Part shown: piece by piece, positions 35,376 to 47,528 of the stretch | Position numbering within the stretch: position 1 is the first letter of the stretch | How the letters are laid out: every line of letters begins with the position of its first letter | Origin: Mustelus asterias | Lineage: Eukaryota | Length of the DNA stretch: 64,000 nt | NCBI RefSeq assembly: GCF_964213995.1 | Contig: NC_135803.1 | Location: forward strand, 116,746,001 to 116,810,000 | Direction: 5' to 3' | Program-made: the position numbers and the translations under genes | The notes under the pieces: model-generated | Told to the model about the DNA's origin: nothing | The model's input: the letters and a program-made list of their open reading frames with translations, nothing else | The model's database searches: none

Positions 35376-37941
35376 AAACTGCTCAATCCGTCCCAGCATC
35401 CTTAATGGACACAGGCTCCTAACATCACATATGCCTGAAGGAAGCTGCATGTGATTGAATTTTCCGCTTTTATTCCAATTACTATTTATTTCTTTACCTC
35501 TGTGCATAAGTTGATCCACCTGTCATATGCTTTAAAGATTTTTCACACCAGTACTGACGGTTGTGCCTCTAAGTAAAATGAACAACTGCAAGACCATCTG
35601 GACTGGATAACGTTCTGCCCACATACCAAGCCAATGAGCATAGACAGAATAAATACAACATGTGGTGTTTAATGTTTTACAAGTCAGATGGGTTTTCAGC
35701 TCAACCTTAGAATCATAGCAGTTGTGTTTTGACATAATTGCACGTTATGTAAAGTGACTTTCAGGCTCCGTGCACATTAGAATTGTAAATTATTCAGTAA
35801 TCTAATTGCTAAACTTGTACTACACTTCAGTTGGTGAATGCTAATGGTTCTCACCAGTAGTCTATTTTATTTTAATATAACACGGAACACATGTAAATAC
35901 AATCGAAATATGACAAGATACAGATGTACATATCTAATCCTCTCATGGTGAGATCTTGATCTCAGTCAGATTAACAGACTAAATGTTGGATGGAAGTCAA
36001 GATCTTCTTCATAGTTTAGGATAAATACTTGTGTTCAAATTTCCCTATACATCCTAATATTTACAAAGTAACAGAGGCTGGAACTGGGTACTTGTACACC
36101 CTCTTAACGAGTTAACTAGCGGGTTATGGAATTGAGAAGGAAACCAGAAAAAAAAATTGTCCTTTGGTTTAGCTGGTTCTGCCTAATCCAATAAGTAGCG
36201 TGGTCAGTATAAGTTTCTTTAATCAGCTCACCTATTGTCTTCACTCTGCTCTTCAAGGCATTGGCTTCTTATAGAGCATGATTGCATCAATATTAGTTAA
36301 CCTTGTCCCACTTAGTAATTGATAATGGAAGATGGGTGTACAATTGAATCCAATGGAATTGTCCTAAATTGATATCAACACACACTTGTGCTTCCAACAG
36401 GGGCCAGGTTACTGAATATGACTGCGCACAGGAACCTTGACGTACTTTACTCTTGCAAACGCAGAGCCAGTAAGGCTAGATTTGGGCTTCTTACTACCAT
36501 CCCAGATGAGATCATCACAAACCTCTGCAATGACACTACAACTCTAGCGTTGGCACTGAATTCTTTCACTAATTATAGCGAAAATGGCCATTGAGATTAA
36601 TCTTCACATCACCAACCCAGATTTAGAAACAGGTCCCAATTAAGTGGAAACTCTGTGAAGGTCGCCTCTCTTCAATTCCCTTTGAAGTTAGCTCAGGCCA
36701 TGACATCCAATTTCAACTGCAAGTGTTTTGTGTCAGTGTGAAACTGAATTGTAATCACTTTGCCCCAACATAAACTCAAATGTCAGAATTCCATGTTCCT
36801 GGGATAATGGATTGTTTGGCAGTGGAACATTGAGGGAAACTGGACAGAGAGGATTGTCCACTGAAAGGGAGCCCATCCGCTTTGCTGCATACTATTATGG
36901 AAACTGTTTGGGTGTTGCTCATGAACCAGTCAGGATTTTCTTTCAGACTATCATTCCAATCACTGAAGTGTTATGATCTTAAATGTATTTTAAACTTATA
37001 GTGTGTTTTCCCCAATTATACTTAAACCTTTATACCACAGATAATATTCTGATAAAAAGTTTTATGTAAAATAATATGTTGCTTTCCAAATCAATTGCAG
37101 CATTAAAGGAAAGGTTTTCCTATCTCCAAAAGCAATTTTTGATTGTGCAACTTGTCTTTGTAAATAAACAGCAGCTGAGGAGTGACATGGAATATTTTCT
37201 GTGAGTGCTGGTAATCTAGAAAATATCACTGTTACAAGTAAATAAAAGGAATATTTTTGTTGGTATATACTGATTTGTCCATAATAGCTTCCATTTGCTC
37301 TCATTTTCACTAACAAAAACAAACACTTACATAGTAGGTCAACTATCTGAATATCTGATTAAAATTGTGATAAAATATTTAAAGATTGCTCTTAAATATA
37401 AAATGCAGATGCTCTAATGCGTTAGTCTGTCATTTGACTCTCTGCTATTTTAGTAGAGGCATTATCCCATTGAAAATAAATCGGTCATCATTGCTGCTAA
37501 AACAGCTGAGAGTGGAGTTGTACATCACTGTGGTAAGCATTTCTATGACAACAGTGTTCTTGGCACTACCTAGTGGAAAGTCATGGTATAGAATTACAAT
37601 GCTCGGTCAAAAAGGATACAATCAACAAATGTCCTCTTTATTATGATGCTGACAGAGACAGCTAATTGTAATCTTTCTGATAAATCTTATTCATAGTGTG
37701 TTTTCATAAATGTACCTGGTGTCAATGCACCAGACATACTGTCAATTTAATTAGTTTAATTTGGTGATGTTTTTGTTGTGTAAAAATCATCTTCAAACCT
37801 CTCTACTTTTCCTGGGAAGTTGATGCTATTGGATATTTCCCTTTAAGATGTATAATCATCCATAGCATCAACTTTCCAGGAAAGAATAAAGAGGTTTGAT
37901 GATGGTATGTTATACAAATGTATTATTTTAACCAGAATATA

Positions 37942-38243
37942 GGGCAGCACGGTGGCTGCCACTGCTACTTCAAAGCGCCAGGGACCTGGGTTCCATTGCC
38001 AGCTTGGATCACTATCTGTGCGAAGTTTGCACGTTCTCCCCACATCTGTTTGGGTTTCATCTGGGTGCTCTGGTTTCTTCCCACAGTCCGAAAGATGCGT
38101 TGGTTAGGTACATTGGCCATGCTAAATTCTCCCTCAGTGTACCCAGACAGGCGCTGGAGTGTGGCGACTAGGGTATTTTCACAGTAAATTCATTGCTTGT
38201 TAATGTATGCCTACTTGTGACACTAATAAATAAAAATAAATAA
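37942..38243 (+). mobile_element. V-SINE-type SINE, tail B
   Basis: Head and core as at 12521; ends (taataaa)n. Confidence 0.82.
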
Positions 38244-38916
38244 GAATATTACCAATAATTTCTGCAACACATGATTATTAATAAGATTTTATTTTAAAAT
38301 TAATATGACTTTTTATTTAATAAGAGGTAACAAAGATTGAAATCAGAATACAATGGCATAACCAAGTTACGTGATAACTTCACAGATCACAGATTTGTTA
38401 CAGCGCAGGAGGACATTTGGCCCATTGTGTTTGCAAGAACTCGCCAAATGAGCATCATGACTTAGTGCCATTCCCCTGCCTTTTCCCCATACTCCTGCAC
38501 AGTGCTTCTACTCAGGTAATCATTTAATGCCTTTTTGAATGTCTCGATTGAACCAGCCCTCGCCACACTTCCAGGCAGTGCATTCCAGACCTGACTTTTT
38601 TTCTCACATCACATTTACTTCTTTTGCAAATCATTTAAATCTGTGTCCTTTCGTTCTTGTTCCTCTCAGAAAGGAAAACAGTTTCCCCCTATCTATTCTG
38701 TACAGCCCCCTTATGATTTTGGACATTTCTATCAAATGTCCTCTTCGCCTTCTTCTCTCCAAGGAGAACAGTCTCCACCTCTCCAATCTATCCTCATAAC
38801 TGAAGTTTCTAATCCTGAAACCATTCTTCTAAACCTCTCCAATGCATTCACATCCTTACGATAGTTTGGTGCCCAGAATTGTACACAATATTCCAGTTGA
38901 GGTCTGGTCTAACTAG

Positions 38917-40141
38917 TATTGCAAAGTTGAGTTTGTGAAGTTGGAAAGTGATGTTGATAAAGATGTAAAAAATTATTAAAATGCTAGAAGAAAAAAACAT
39001 TGCATGGTCCCTTTACGAGCTGGTTTTGTTTCAGTGCTTGGAGGTTTAAAATGCAAAGTACATCCAAAGTCCAAGCTGAAACATTTGTATCGAAAAGTCA
39101 AGCAGTAGTCTTGACAAAGACAACCTGTTGTTGTTTGAATTTTGCCCAATCAATTTAAAGCTGGCACTCAGCTACCAAGAACCTATAAGATTTAGATTTG
39201 ATGATGTTGAAAAAAATCAGACCAATCCCTATTGGAGAAAAACTGATAGGTCATCACAGGTATAAAATAGAGTGCAAGAGGGAAAAAACAGGAGATAGCA
39301 ACTGCCACCTCTCAAGCCTTGAGGGGGAGAGGACAAATGCCAGTTGCCAAGAGCTAAGAGTTCTCAGCTCTCAACCCTGCCGGCTTTATATATGTCTTAA
39401 GAGAACACAGCATCTAACCAGCGAAAGGTACCAAAATCAAAAAGAACTTACAGACAGAGAAATCAACTGAGAAACTCCAAAAGGTTCCGAAAGAATGAAA
39501 CCGGGTTTTATATTTTTTTGAGAGTGACTGAATTCTATTTTTTTTTGGTTAATGAATGGATCTTGTCTTTATTTGAGCAGCATACCAGTAGAATCTTATT
39601 TTATTTGGTATGGTACTTGTTTAATGTTTATTTATTAGTCACAAGTAGGCTTTCATTAACACTGCAATGAAGTTACTGTGAAAATCCCCCTTGTCGTCAC
39701 ACTCTGGTGCCTGTTTAGGTACACTGAGGGAGAATTTAGTATGGCCAATGCACCTAATCAGTACATCTTTCAGACTGTGGGAGGAAACCGGAGCACCCAA
39801 AGGAAACCCAAGCAGACACGGGGAGAACATGCAGACTCCGCAGATACAGTGACCCAAGCCGGGAATTGAACCTGGGTCCCTGGCGCTGTGAGGCAGCAGT
39901 GCTAACCACTGTGCCACCATGCCACCCATGTTTAGTTAAAGTTCCCTGATGGTTAAATACAATTAAGTGTTATGTGTTCATTTTAAAGTGAGTGTCAGGT
40001 ATTTCTGTTAGTTAACCACTAAACGTCACTGAAGGACAGTTCACCTTCCCACACATTTTTAACAGATTACGAGGCAAGGTATTCCTCTTTGGGGGATTCG
40101 GCATTACTTCTGAAAAGGGGGTCAACCTCTGTGTCGTAACA
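38917..40141. mobile_element. Probable solo LTR (~0.9 kb) containing a SINE
   Basis: 4-bp TSD CTAG (38913-38916, 40142-40145); imperfect inverted termini tattgcaa / tcgtaaca ending in CA. Confidence 0.55.
39622..39928 (-). mobile_element. V-SINE-type SINE, tail B
   Basis: Reverse complement of the 12521 type. Confidence 0.85.
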
Positions 40142-41185
40142 CTAGTGTCTTGAACAAGTTCAAAATCTCCTTGCTCTTGTAGTCTATACTAATATTAACA
40201 AAGTACAAAATATTATCTGCTTTATTAACTGCTCTCTCCACCTGCCCTGTCACCTTCAATGATGTATGCATATATACACCCGCGTCCCTCTGCTGTTACA
40301 TCCCTTGAAGAATTTTACAACTTATTTTATATTGTCTCTCCATGTTTTTCCTACAAAAATGTATTACCTCACACTTTCCCGCTTTGAACTTCATCTGCCA
40401 CCTATCTGCCCACTCCACCAACATGTCCATGCACTTTTGGAGCTCTACACTGTCTTCTTCACAATTTACAATGCTTCCAAGTTTTGTGTATCTGTAACTT
40501 TGAAATTGCCCCCTGCACACCAAGTTCTAAATCATTTATATATATATATGGAAAAGCAAGCGTACCAATAACAAATACAAACCTTCCTCCAGCCCAAAAT
40601 ATATCCATTGGCCATTACTCTCTCCTTCCGATTATTCAACCAATTTTGTATCCACATACTGTTTCTTTGACTGCTAATTCTATACCAAATAATTGTTTCT
40701 AGAAGCTTGCCCACAGTTGATGCTAAACAGATTGGACTATAATTACTGGGGCTATCCTTACAATGTTTTTTGAACAAGTGCATAATATTTGCAGTTCTCT
40801 GGCCCTCTGGCACCTCCCAAGTCTAGAAAAGACTGGAAGATTATGGCCAGCACCCCTGCAATTACATTTGCACTTCCTTCAATATCCTTGGATACATCTC
40901 ATTCAGTCCCGGTACCTTGTTAATTTCCTTATCAATTTTGCACCCTTGGTGGAAACTTGGTGCTCCCATGTCAATTCTGTGAATGGAATATAGGACCAAG
41001 CATGTTCAATGCTACAGGTTACCTCTGAACACAGCAGGGAGCTGAACAGTGTTCTGTTGGTAACATGTAGTGCAATCAACCTTCTGTTCTCAAAGGCAGT
41101 CTCTCCCAAAAATAAATTGCATTGAATAACAAAGGGCTGCCGCTGAATGCATATTGGGAGTGCTGCTGGAGAGCTTAATGCTCCT

Positions 41186-41194
41186 TTCACAAAT

Positions 41195-41240
<46 letters not shown>
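41186..41240. repeat. (CA)n microsatellite; further CA/CT-rich tracts to ~41610
   Basis: Perfect CA run visible in the sequence. Confidence 0.95.
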
Positions 41241-41244
<4 letters not shown>

Positions 41245-41287
41245 AACACACACTCTCTCTCACGCACACAAACACACTCACACTCTT

Positions 41288-41413
41288 TGGCCAGAATATT
41301 ACCGGAATGTCTGCCCTGGAATCGGGGCGGGCAAAGTTCACAGAACAGCATTCTCCGTTGGCCTTGGGTGGGATCTTACGAGCCCCGGACGGGCATGCCG
41401 GTAAAATTCCGGC
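41288..41413. mobile_element. Very short MITE
   Basis: Inverted termini ggccagaatattaccggaatg / catgccggtaaaattccggc. Confidence 0.5.
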
Positions 41414-42732
41414 ACACATCTTTATCTTTCTCTCTCAAGGAAACACTCATGCTCCTACATCTCTCTCTCTCTCTCAGAGAAATGCACACACTCCTACATC
41501 TCTCTTACACACATCTGCATCTCTCACACACACACACACACACGCCTGCATCTCTCTCTCACACACACACACACACATACACCACACACACACGCATGTC
41601 TCTTTCACACATATGCTGATGAGTGTGCCTATCAGAAGCCAACGCAGTGTGAAAACAAGTTCCAATTGGACAAACTGAAATTAAAGCTATCAAACGTAAA
41701 ACTACCGAACCTACCTGAGAACCCCTGGATAAGTCCCACAGAGCCCCAAGGTTTCATGGAACCCAGTTTGGGAAACACTGGGCTTCAGGAAACATCCTAA
41801 AACATAAAATCTTATTGTTTCATCCATTCAGCTATTAAAGGGAAGTTTGAATTCCTTATCAAAAGTTATTGATGTCTATGGGGATTGTAATAAGTCCCAC
41901 AAGAAGTCTAATAACCTAAGGCAAGTGGTCCGCATCAGGGAATCATCACATGACACCTGCTACCCATCAGACCACCAACCTCTCATGCACCATACCCCCA
42001 TTACTCACACAGTGAAGATAGTTTGTGCCAGTTCATTAGATAATGATGTTACAAGTTCTGACACCAGCAGGTGAGAACCTGGATGAAGTAACACACAGAA
42101 TGTTGATGGGCATGCACACCAAGATGCCAGGTGAATTATCTGACCTGCCATACAGCCTCCTGTCACTGGCAAGGAGCAGAGAAGAGCCCAATTCCAACTT
42201 GGCAGAGGGCATATTATGCAAAGTTTGTCCTCAGCAGTCTCTGCTACATCAGTTGACCCTGATCCACTGCAATTCTGTCACAATATCCGCTGCAGCTTTT
42301 ACATAGACAGGTCATCAAATCCTCCGCCCTTCATGTGAGAGTGCAGCAATACTCTCCAGAAGATACAGTCATTATCTAATGAACTGGCACAAACTAGAAC
42401 CAGAAAATACAGGAACTCACCACAACACCTCCAAGGCACACGAGTACTTTCACTTTACAATAGCAGAGGTTCTTCAGATTGCAAAATGGGTGGCTCGCCC
42501 TTTCAGTGATGTGAGCAGCTGAAAGGCTTGATGTTCTGAGAATGACATGCAAATTCAATCGACCTGCTTGATTCAAATTTGGGCAATGTGTGTCACTTCA
42601 GCAGGTAAGACTGTGTGATATCTGAGTAGCACCAATTCAGCACCAATTCAGTGTGCCACATGGGCACTCTGCCCAAGATGGCACACTGTGCACGCCATGA
42701 CAGAAGTGTGTTTTTCAGTGTATTATACAGTT

Positions 42733-43134
42733 TTACTTGGAGCTGGTGTACTTGGTCATCGCTTTTTTCCCCTCTGACACAACATGCTTGGCCCGTTCCC
42801 CATACCAAGGGGAACTGGCCAAGCCAGTTGGCAGCAGGCGCACAGCGGTCTGGATCTCCCGGGAGCTGATGTTCTGCCGCCTGTTGTAATGGGTCAGGCA
42901 GGAAGCCTCCCCCACAATGCACTCAAAGATGTCGTTGATGAAGGAGTTCATGGTGCTCTTGACCTTGGAGGAGGTGCTGGTGTTGGGGTGAACCTGCTTC
43001 ATTACTTTGTAGGTGTAGATGAAGTAACTCTCCTTCCTGGACCTCTTCTTCTTCTTGCTGCTCTTCGTTGGCAGCTTCTTCAGAGCTTTCTTGCCATCCT
43101 CCTTAGAAAATTGCTGCTTCTTATCCTCACCCAT
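42733..43134 (-). pseudogene. Histone H2B-derived ORF (133 aa), probably a pseudogene
   Basis: [18 protein letters not shown]...[10 protein letters not shown]...[12 protein letters not shown]...[19 protein letters not shown]. It has many substitutions at normally invariant sites, an 8-codon insertion and no 3' histone stem-loop. Confidence 0.85.
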
Positions 43135-43872
43135 TATCACCTTCAATTTCAGAGGCTGCCAGCAGAACACCCCCCTCCACTCCCCTCCCCCCAGCAGATC
43201 CAATTACACTTCAGAGATGGAATTTGCCCCCAAATACTTTTCTCAAAAACTTCAAGCAGGAAAGACCAACTGGTTCACCTTGTCTGTCCTATACAGCCAT
43301 ATCGCCTCATGCATCAGGACTCAGACACTCTGTACCCATCAAGAACCCTGTATTCTACTGAGGGAAGCAATAATGGGGTTGAAAACCAGGACTAAGCTGA
43401 AAGAAAAATGTTGACAGTTCCTTTCTAACCCCCACTAGGGTACTGAAACCAGTTCTGGAGTTCACAGTGATGAGGGCTCTGAGTATCTTGTTTAGTTCAA
43501 CCTGGGCACAGACCATTACCAAGGTGAAAGGTTAGGGGCAACCTGTTCCTGATACTGCCCTGGAACCGAGTGCGAGGATATATATGACAGTAGGGACTCA
43601 CGAGCTAATTTTGCTTCCCTTTCTCACATCTTTGATGAAGCAACAAAGCTGAGAGAGACTAATATCTCCTGCACCAAATTAAAAAAACCTAACTAGTTCA
43701 ATTGGCAGTGTCTTTCGGTGTTTCTGACATTCTCAACTTTGGTCTGACCTAAGCAAACCAGAAAATCATTTCTTCTGTGTAAATCATTTTGTATCTTTAT
43801 TTGCTAAGGTCGAAAAGCAACTTCTTCGAATTCCTGTACGTGCAATGGTATCCAGTTTTAAAGACAGCTTTA

Positions 43873-44172
43873 ACATGGTGGTTAACAGAGTGGTTAGCAC
43901 TGCTGTCTCACAGCGCCAGAGACATGGGTTCAATTCCGGCCTCCGTCTGTGTGGAGTTTGCTCGTTCTCCCCGTGTCTGGGTGGGATTCCTCTGGTTTCC
44001 TCCCACAGTCCAAAGATGTGCGGGTTAGTTGGATTGGCCGTGCTAAGTTGCCCCTTAGTGTCAGGGGACTAGCAGGGTAAATACATGGGGTTACGGGCTG
44101 GGTGGGATTGTTGTTGGTGCAGACTTGATGGGCCAAATGGCTTCCTCCAACACGGTAAGGATTCCATGATAT
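43873..44172 (+). mobile_element. HE1/V-SINE-type SINE (tail A)
   Basis: Head, core and tail recognisable. Confidence 0.8.
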
Positions 44173-44187
44173 TTTCTACTAATAAAC

Positions 44188-45441
44188 TCCAGCCTCCCAT
44201 CCATTGACTCTGTCTACACTTCCCGCTGCCTCGGCAAAGCAGCCAGCATAATTAAGGACCCCACACACCCTGGACATTCTCTCTTCCACTCTCTCGCCAC
44301 ACTACCAGAAGGACGTGGAGGCTTTGGAGAGAGTACAGAGGAGGTTTACCAGGATGTTGCCTGGTATGGAGGGGCTTGGTTATGAGGAGAGATTGGGGAA
44401 ACTGGGGTTGTTCTCCTTGGAAAGACAGAGGATGAGGGGAGACTTAATAGAGGTGTATAAAATTATGAAAGGCATAGATAGGGTGAACGGTGGGAAGCTT
44501 TTCCCCGGGTCGGTGGTGACGTTCACGAGGGGTCATAGGTTCAAGGTGAAGGGGGGGAGGTTTAACACAGATATCAGAAGGACATATTTCACACAGAGGG
44601 TCGTGGGGGCCTGGAATGTGTTGCCGGGCAAGGTGGTGGAGGCGGACACACTGGGAACGTTTAAGACTTATCTAGACAGCTATATGAACGGAGTGGGAAT
44701 GGAGGGATACAAAAGAGTGGTCTAGTTTGGACCAGGGAGCGGCGCGGGCTAATTGTTCCTTGTTTCTCGTGGAAGTGGAAATGACTCGGGTTGGGAAGCA
44801 TTTTCCGATCAGGGCCATTGTGATCTCCTGGACTCGTTTCGATCGCCTCAGGGGGTCGGAGAGGAATTTCCCAGATTTTTTTTTCCCCATATTGGCCCTG
44901 GGGTTTTTCACTCTGGGTTTTCGCCTCTCCCTGGAGATCACATGGTCTAAAAGGGGGGGGTGGGGGTGAGTTAATAGGTTGTAATGAACAAAGCATCGTA
45001 GCTGTGGGGGACAGCTCGGTGGATAGGATATTGGTATGTAGATAGGCTGGAAAATTGGGCGGGGATCCTGGATTCAGGATTCAATCCTGGACCGGGGAGC
45101 GGCGCGGGCTTGGAGGGCCGAAGGGCCTGTTCCTGTGCTGTATTGTTCTTTGTTCTTTGTTCCACCTTCTTCCATCGGGAAAAAGTTACAAGGGTCTGAG
45201 GTCATTTACCAATCTACTCAAGAACAGCTTCTTCCCTGCAGCCATTAGACTTTTGAATGGACCTACTTTGCATTAAGTTGATCTATCTCTACACCCTAGC
45301 CAAGACTGTAACACTACATTCTGCACTTTCTCATTTCCTTCTCTATGAATGGTATGCTTTGTCTGTATAGTGCGCAAGAAACAATACTTTTCACTGTATG
45401 CTAATACATGTGACAATAATAAATCAAATCAAATCAAATCA
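44188..45441 (+). mobile_element. Rex1/Babar-like LINE 3' end, split by a CR1
   Basis: Matches 5766-6142 and has an (AAATC)n tail; ttccac is duplicated around the CR1 insert. Confidence 0.8.
44293..45160 (+). mobile_element. Young CR1 3' fragment with a long 3' UTR
   Basis: ORF2 end (EALERVQRRFTRMLPGMEGL...GMEGYKRVV*) and a (TTCTTTG)n tail. Confidence 0.9.
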
Positions 45442-45574
45442 GGCTTAGTACATTCCTGTCTGTTTGCCATTCAGATAATGCCCGACAGTAAATATTTTGT
45501 TCTCCATTATACAACTGCATCTCAGCGGGGGTTACAAGTGGTTGAAGTGCAGTTATGAAGCAGAGCAGAGTGTC

Positions 45575-46162
45575 ATGCCACCTGACTGCTTGGAAGGAAC
45601 CATCGGAAGTTCAGGGGCACAGTACTTCAAATTCAGCTGCCAGGTTAAAAGTATCCACTGATTCAGCCTCCTGTTATCAGATCTCTTCCCAGTTCGAGCA
45701 AATAACCCCAATAAATAACTCTTTGCGTTCTCAACACCTTTATGCCCCATCAGCTCCACTATTAACACTTATAGATAGGCTAATATTTACGTCGTAAATG
45801 CTGTGTTCCCATCTGTTTTAGGTTTGGGTCAGGTTGCCAAGCGAATGTTCTCGAAAACCTCCCATGACCTGCCGACTGAAGGGACCCCAGCTGTAGTGAA
45901 ATGTCAGGGAGTGACTGCTGCAGCTGACAGAAGTTTCTGAAAAGGGAGCTGCTCAGGAGGTTGTAGTGCACAGAAATACTTTGGCACAGGGCTGTGCTGA
46001 ATATAGATCTCCGGCAGCTAGGGGCTGCTGCATTCCTGCTTCAGGCTGCACTGCGAACACTTTCTCCGGGAGGATCGAGGGACTTCACAAGACAGGGACA
46101 GAAAACTCCCAGCTGAAGCCCAAAGTTGCCCAGCGCTCTGTAGCTGCACTCCAGCAAGCACC
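45575..46162 (+). promoter_or_regulatory. Putative LMOD3 promoter / 5' UTR with clustered myogenic E-boxes
   Basis: Repeat-free; CAGCTG at 45634, 45888, 45921 and 46110; weak TATA-like atatag at ~46001; Kozak-like gcaccATG. The TSS cannot be determined. Confidence 0.4.
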
Positions 46163-46450
46163 ATGTCAGACTGCAGCCTCCAGTCCGATGATACAGAACC
46201 CAACAGTGGGGACGAGGACGAAATCCTCGCCACCCTGTCTCCTGAAGAGTTAAAACAACTGCAAAATGAGATGGAAGATCTGGAGCCTGACCCGCTTGTG
46301 CCCTTAGGACAGAGGCAGAAAGATCACACAGACAGAGCGCCCACAGGCTCCTTCGATCACAGGTCCCTGATTGACTACTTGTACTGGGAGAAGGAATCCA
46401 GCCGCCTCTTGGAGGAAGAAAGGGTCCCGGCCACTCTGCTCGACAGTGAG
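46163..46450 (+). CDS. LMOD3: Leiomodin-3, coding exon 1 (tropomyosin-binding N-terminus, 96 codons)
   Basis: [27 protein letters not shown]...[41 protein letters not shown]; donor GAG|GTGAGT, phase 0. Confidence 0.95.
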
Positions 46451-46579
46451 GTGAGTTTTGTATGGGCTGGAGATCTGGCACATCCAGGGAAATGTAACCT
46501 ATTCCCAGTCCTCCCTGGGGACAAGGTAGCAGAGAGTGAATCTGGCTCAGTGAAAGACATGGGGGAAATGGCAAGGCGT

Positions 46580-47055
46580 TAGAAGCAGGTCAATAAAGGT
46601 TTACTAGACTCATCCCAGGAATGGGCCAAGTTAGGTTTGTATCCACTAGAGTTCAGAAGAGTAATTGGCAACTTGATGGAAATCTTTAAAATCCTGAGGG
46701 GTGTTGACAGGGTGGATGTGGAGAGATTGTTTCCTCTTGTCGGAGAATTTAAAATTAGAGGTCGCTGTTTAAACATAAAAGTTCACTCGTTGAAGACATA
46801 GATGAGAAGAAATCGTTTCTCTCAGAGGGGGGTGAGTCTCTGTAACTCTCTTCCTCAAAAGGCAATGGAAGCAGAGTCTTCGAATATTTTTAAGGCAAAG
46901 CTAGATGTGATTCTTGATTAACAAGGAAAGATTATGGAGGAGCGGGGGTAAGCAGGAATGTGGGGTTGAGGTTACAAATAGATGAGCCATGATGGTATTG
47001 AACAGGGTCGAGAGGCCGAGTGACCTACTCCTGATCTGTATGTTCGTATGCTTGT
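46580..47055 (+). mobile_element. CR1 3' fragment in LMOD3 intron 1
   Basis: CR1 RT C-terminal remnant and tail. Confidence 0.75.
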
Positions 47056-47528
47056 ATTATAATGATATTATTTCCATTACTCAATATTCACTCTGAGATA
47101 TTATGACTCTGTCACATAAATGGATCATTTTCCTTTTATTTCTATTTGATGGAGTTTTAGAATGTGATCCATTCTATCGTCCTGTGGAATCTAACCCTGT
47201 GCCTGTGAGGTATACAGTTAGATATATAGTAGAAAATCAGCATGTTCATCCTAGTTGTGTGCGTTAGCTGGTTACACCGTGGTACATTATTAATTCATTG
47301 CCTCATTCAGCTCCCAAAGGAGTTTACATTGTGCCCTGTGACATGCAACAATGGAAATCTTAGTCAAGTGCTGAGAAAGATTTCTAAATGAACCAATTTG
47401 AATCTCTATGGGAGATTTGTCTTAAGTTGTTAGTGACTTTTATACATGAGTTTTATCAGAATTAAGAAACTCTACATTAATAAAAGCAAAAAGAACCCCA
47501 CAAAACTGAAAATCTCTCTTCTCCACAG

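Larger units (their letters stand above)
38380..40920 (-). mobile_element. CR1 fragment interrupted by a solo LTR
   Basis: CR1 sequence ...ctaactag|tgtcttgaacaag is contiguous across 38917-40141. Confidence 0.65.

Noticed and set aside
42043-42306. 87-aa ORF next to the H2B copy, possible transposon accessory-gene remnant
   Set aside because: No diagnostic motif; cannot be supported without a database search.
46451-46582. C-terminal 43 aa of ORF 46163-46582
   Set aside because: Read-through past a consensus GTGAGT donor; leiomodin similarity stops at 46450.
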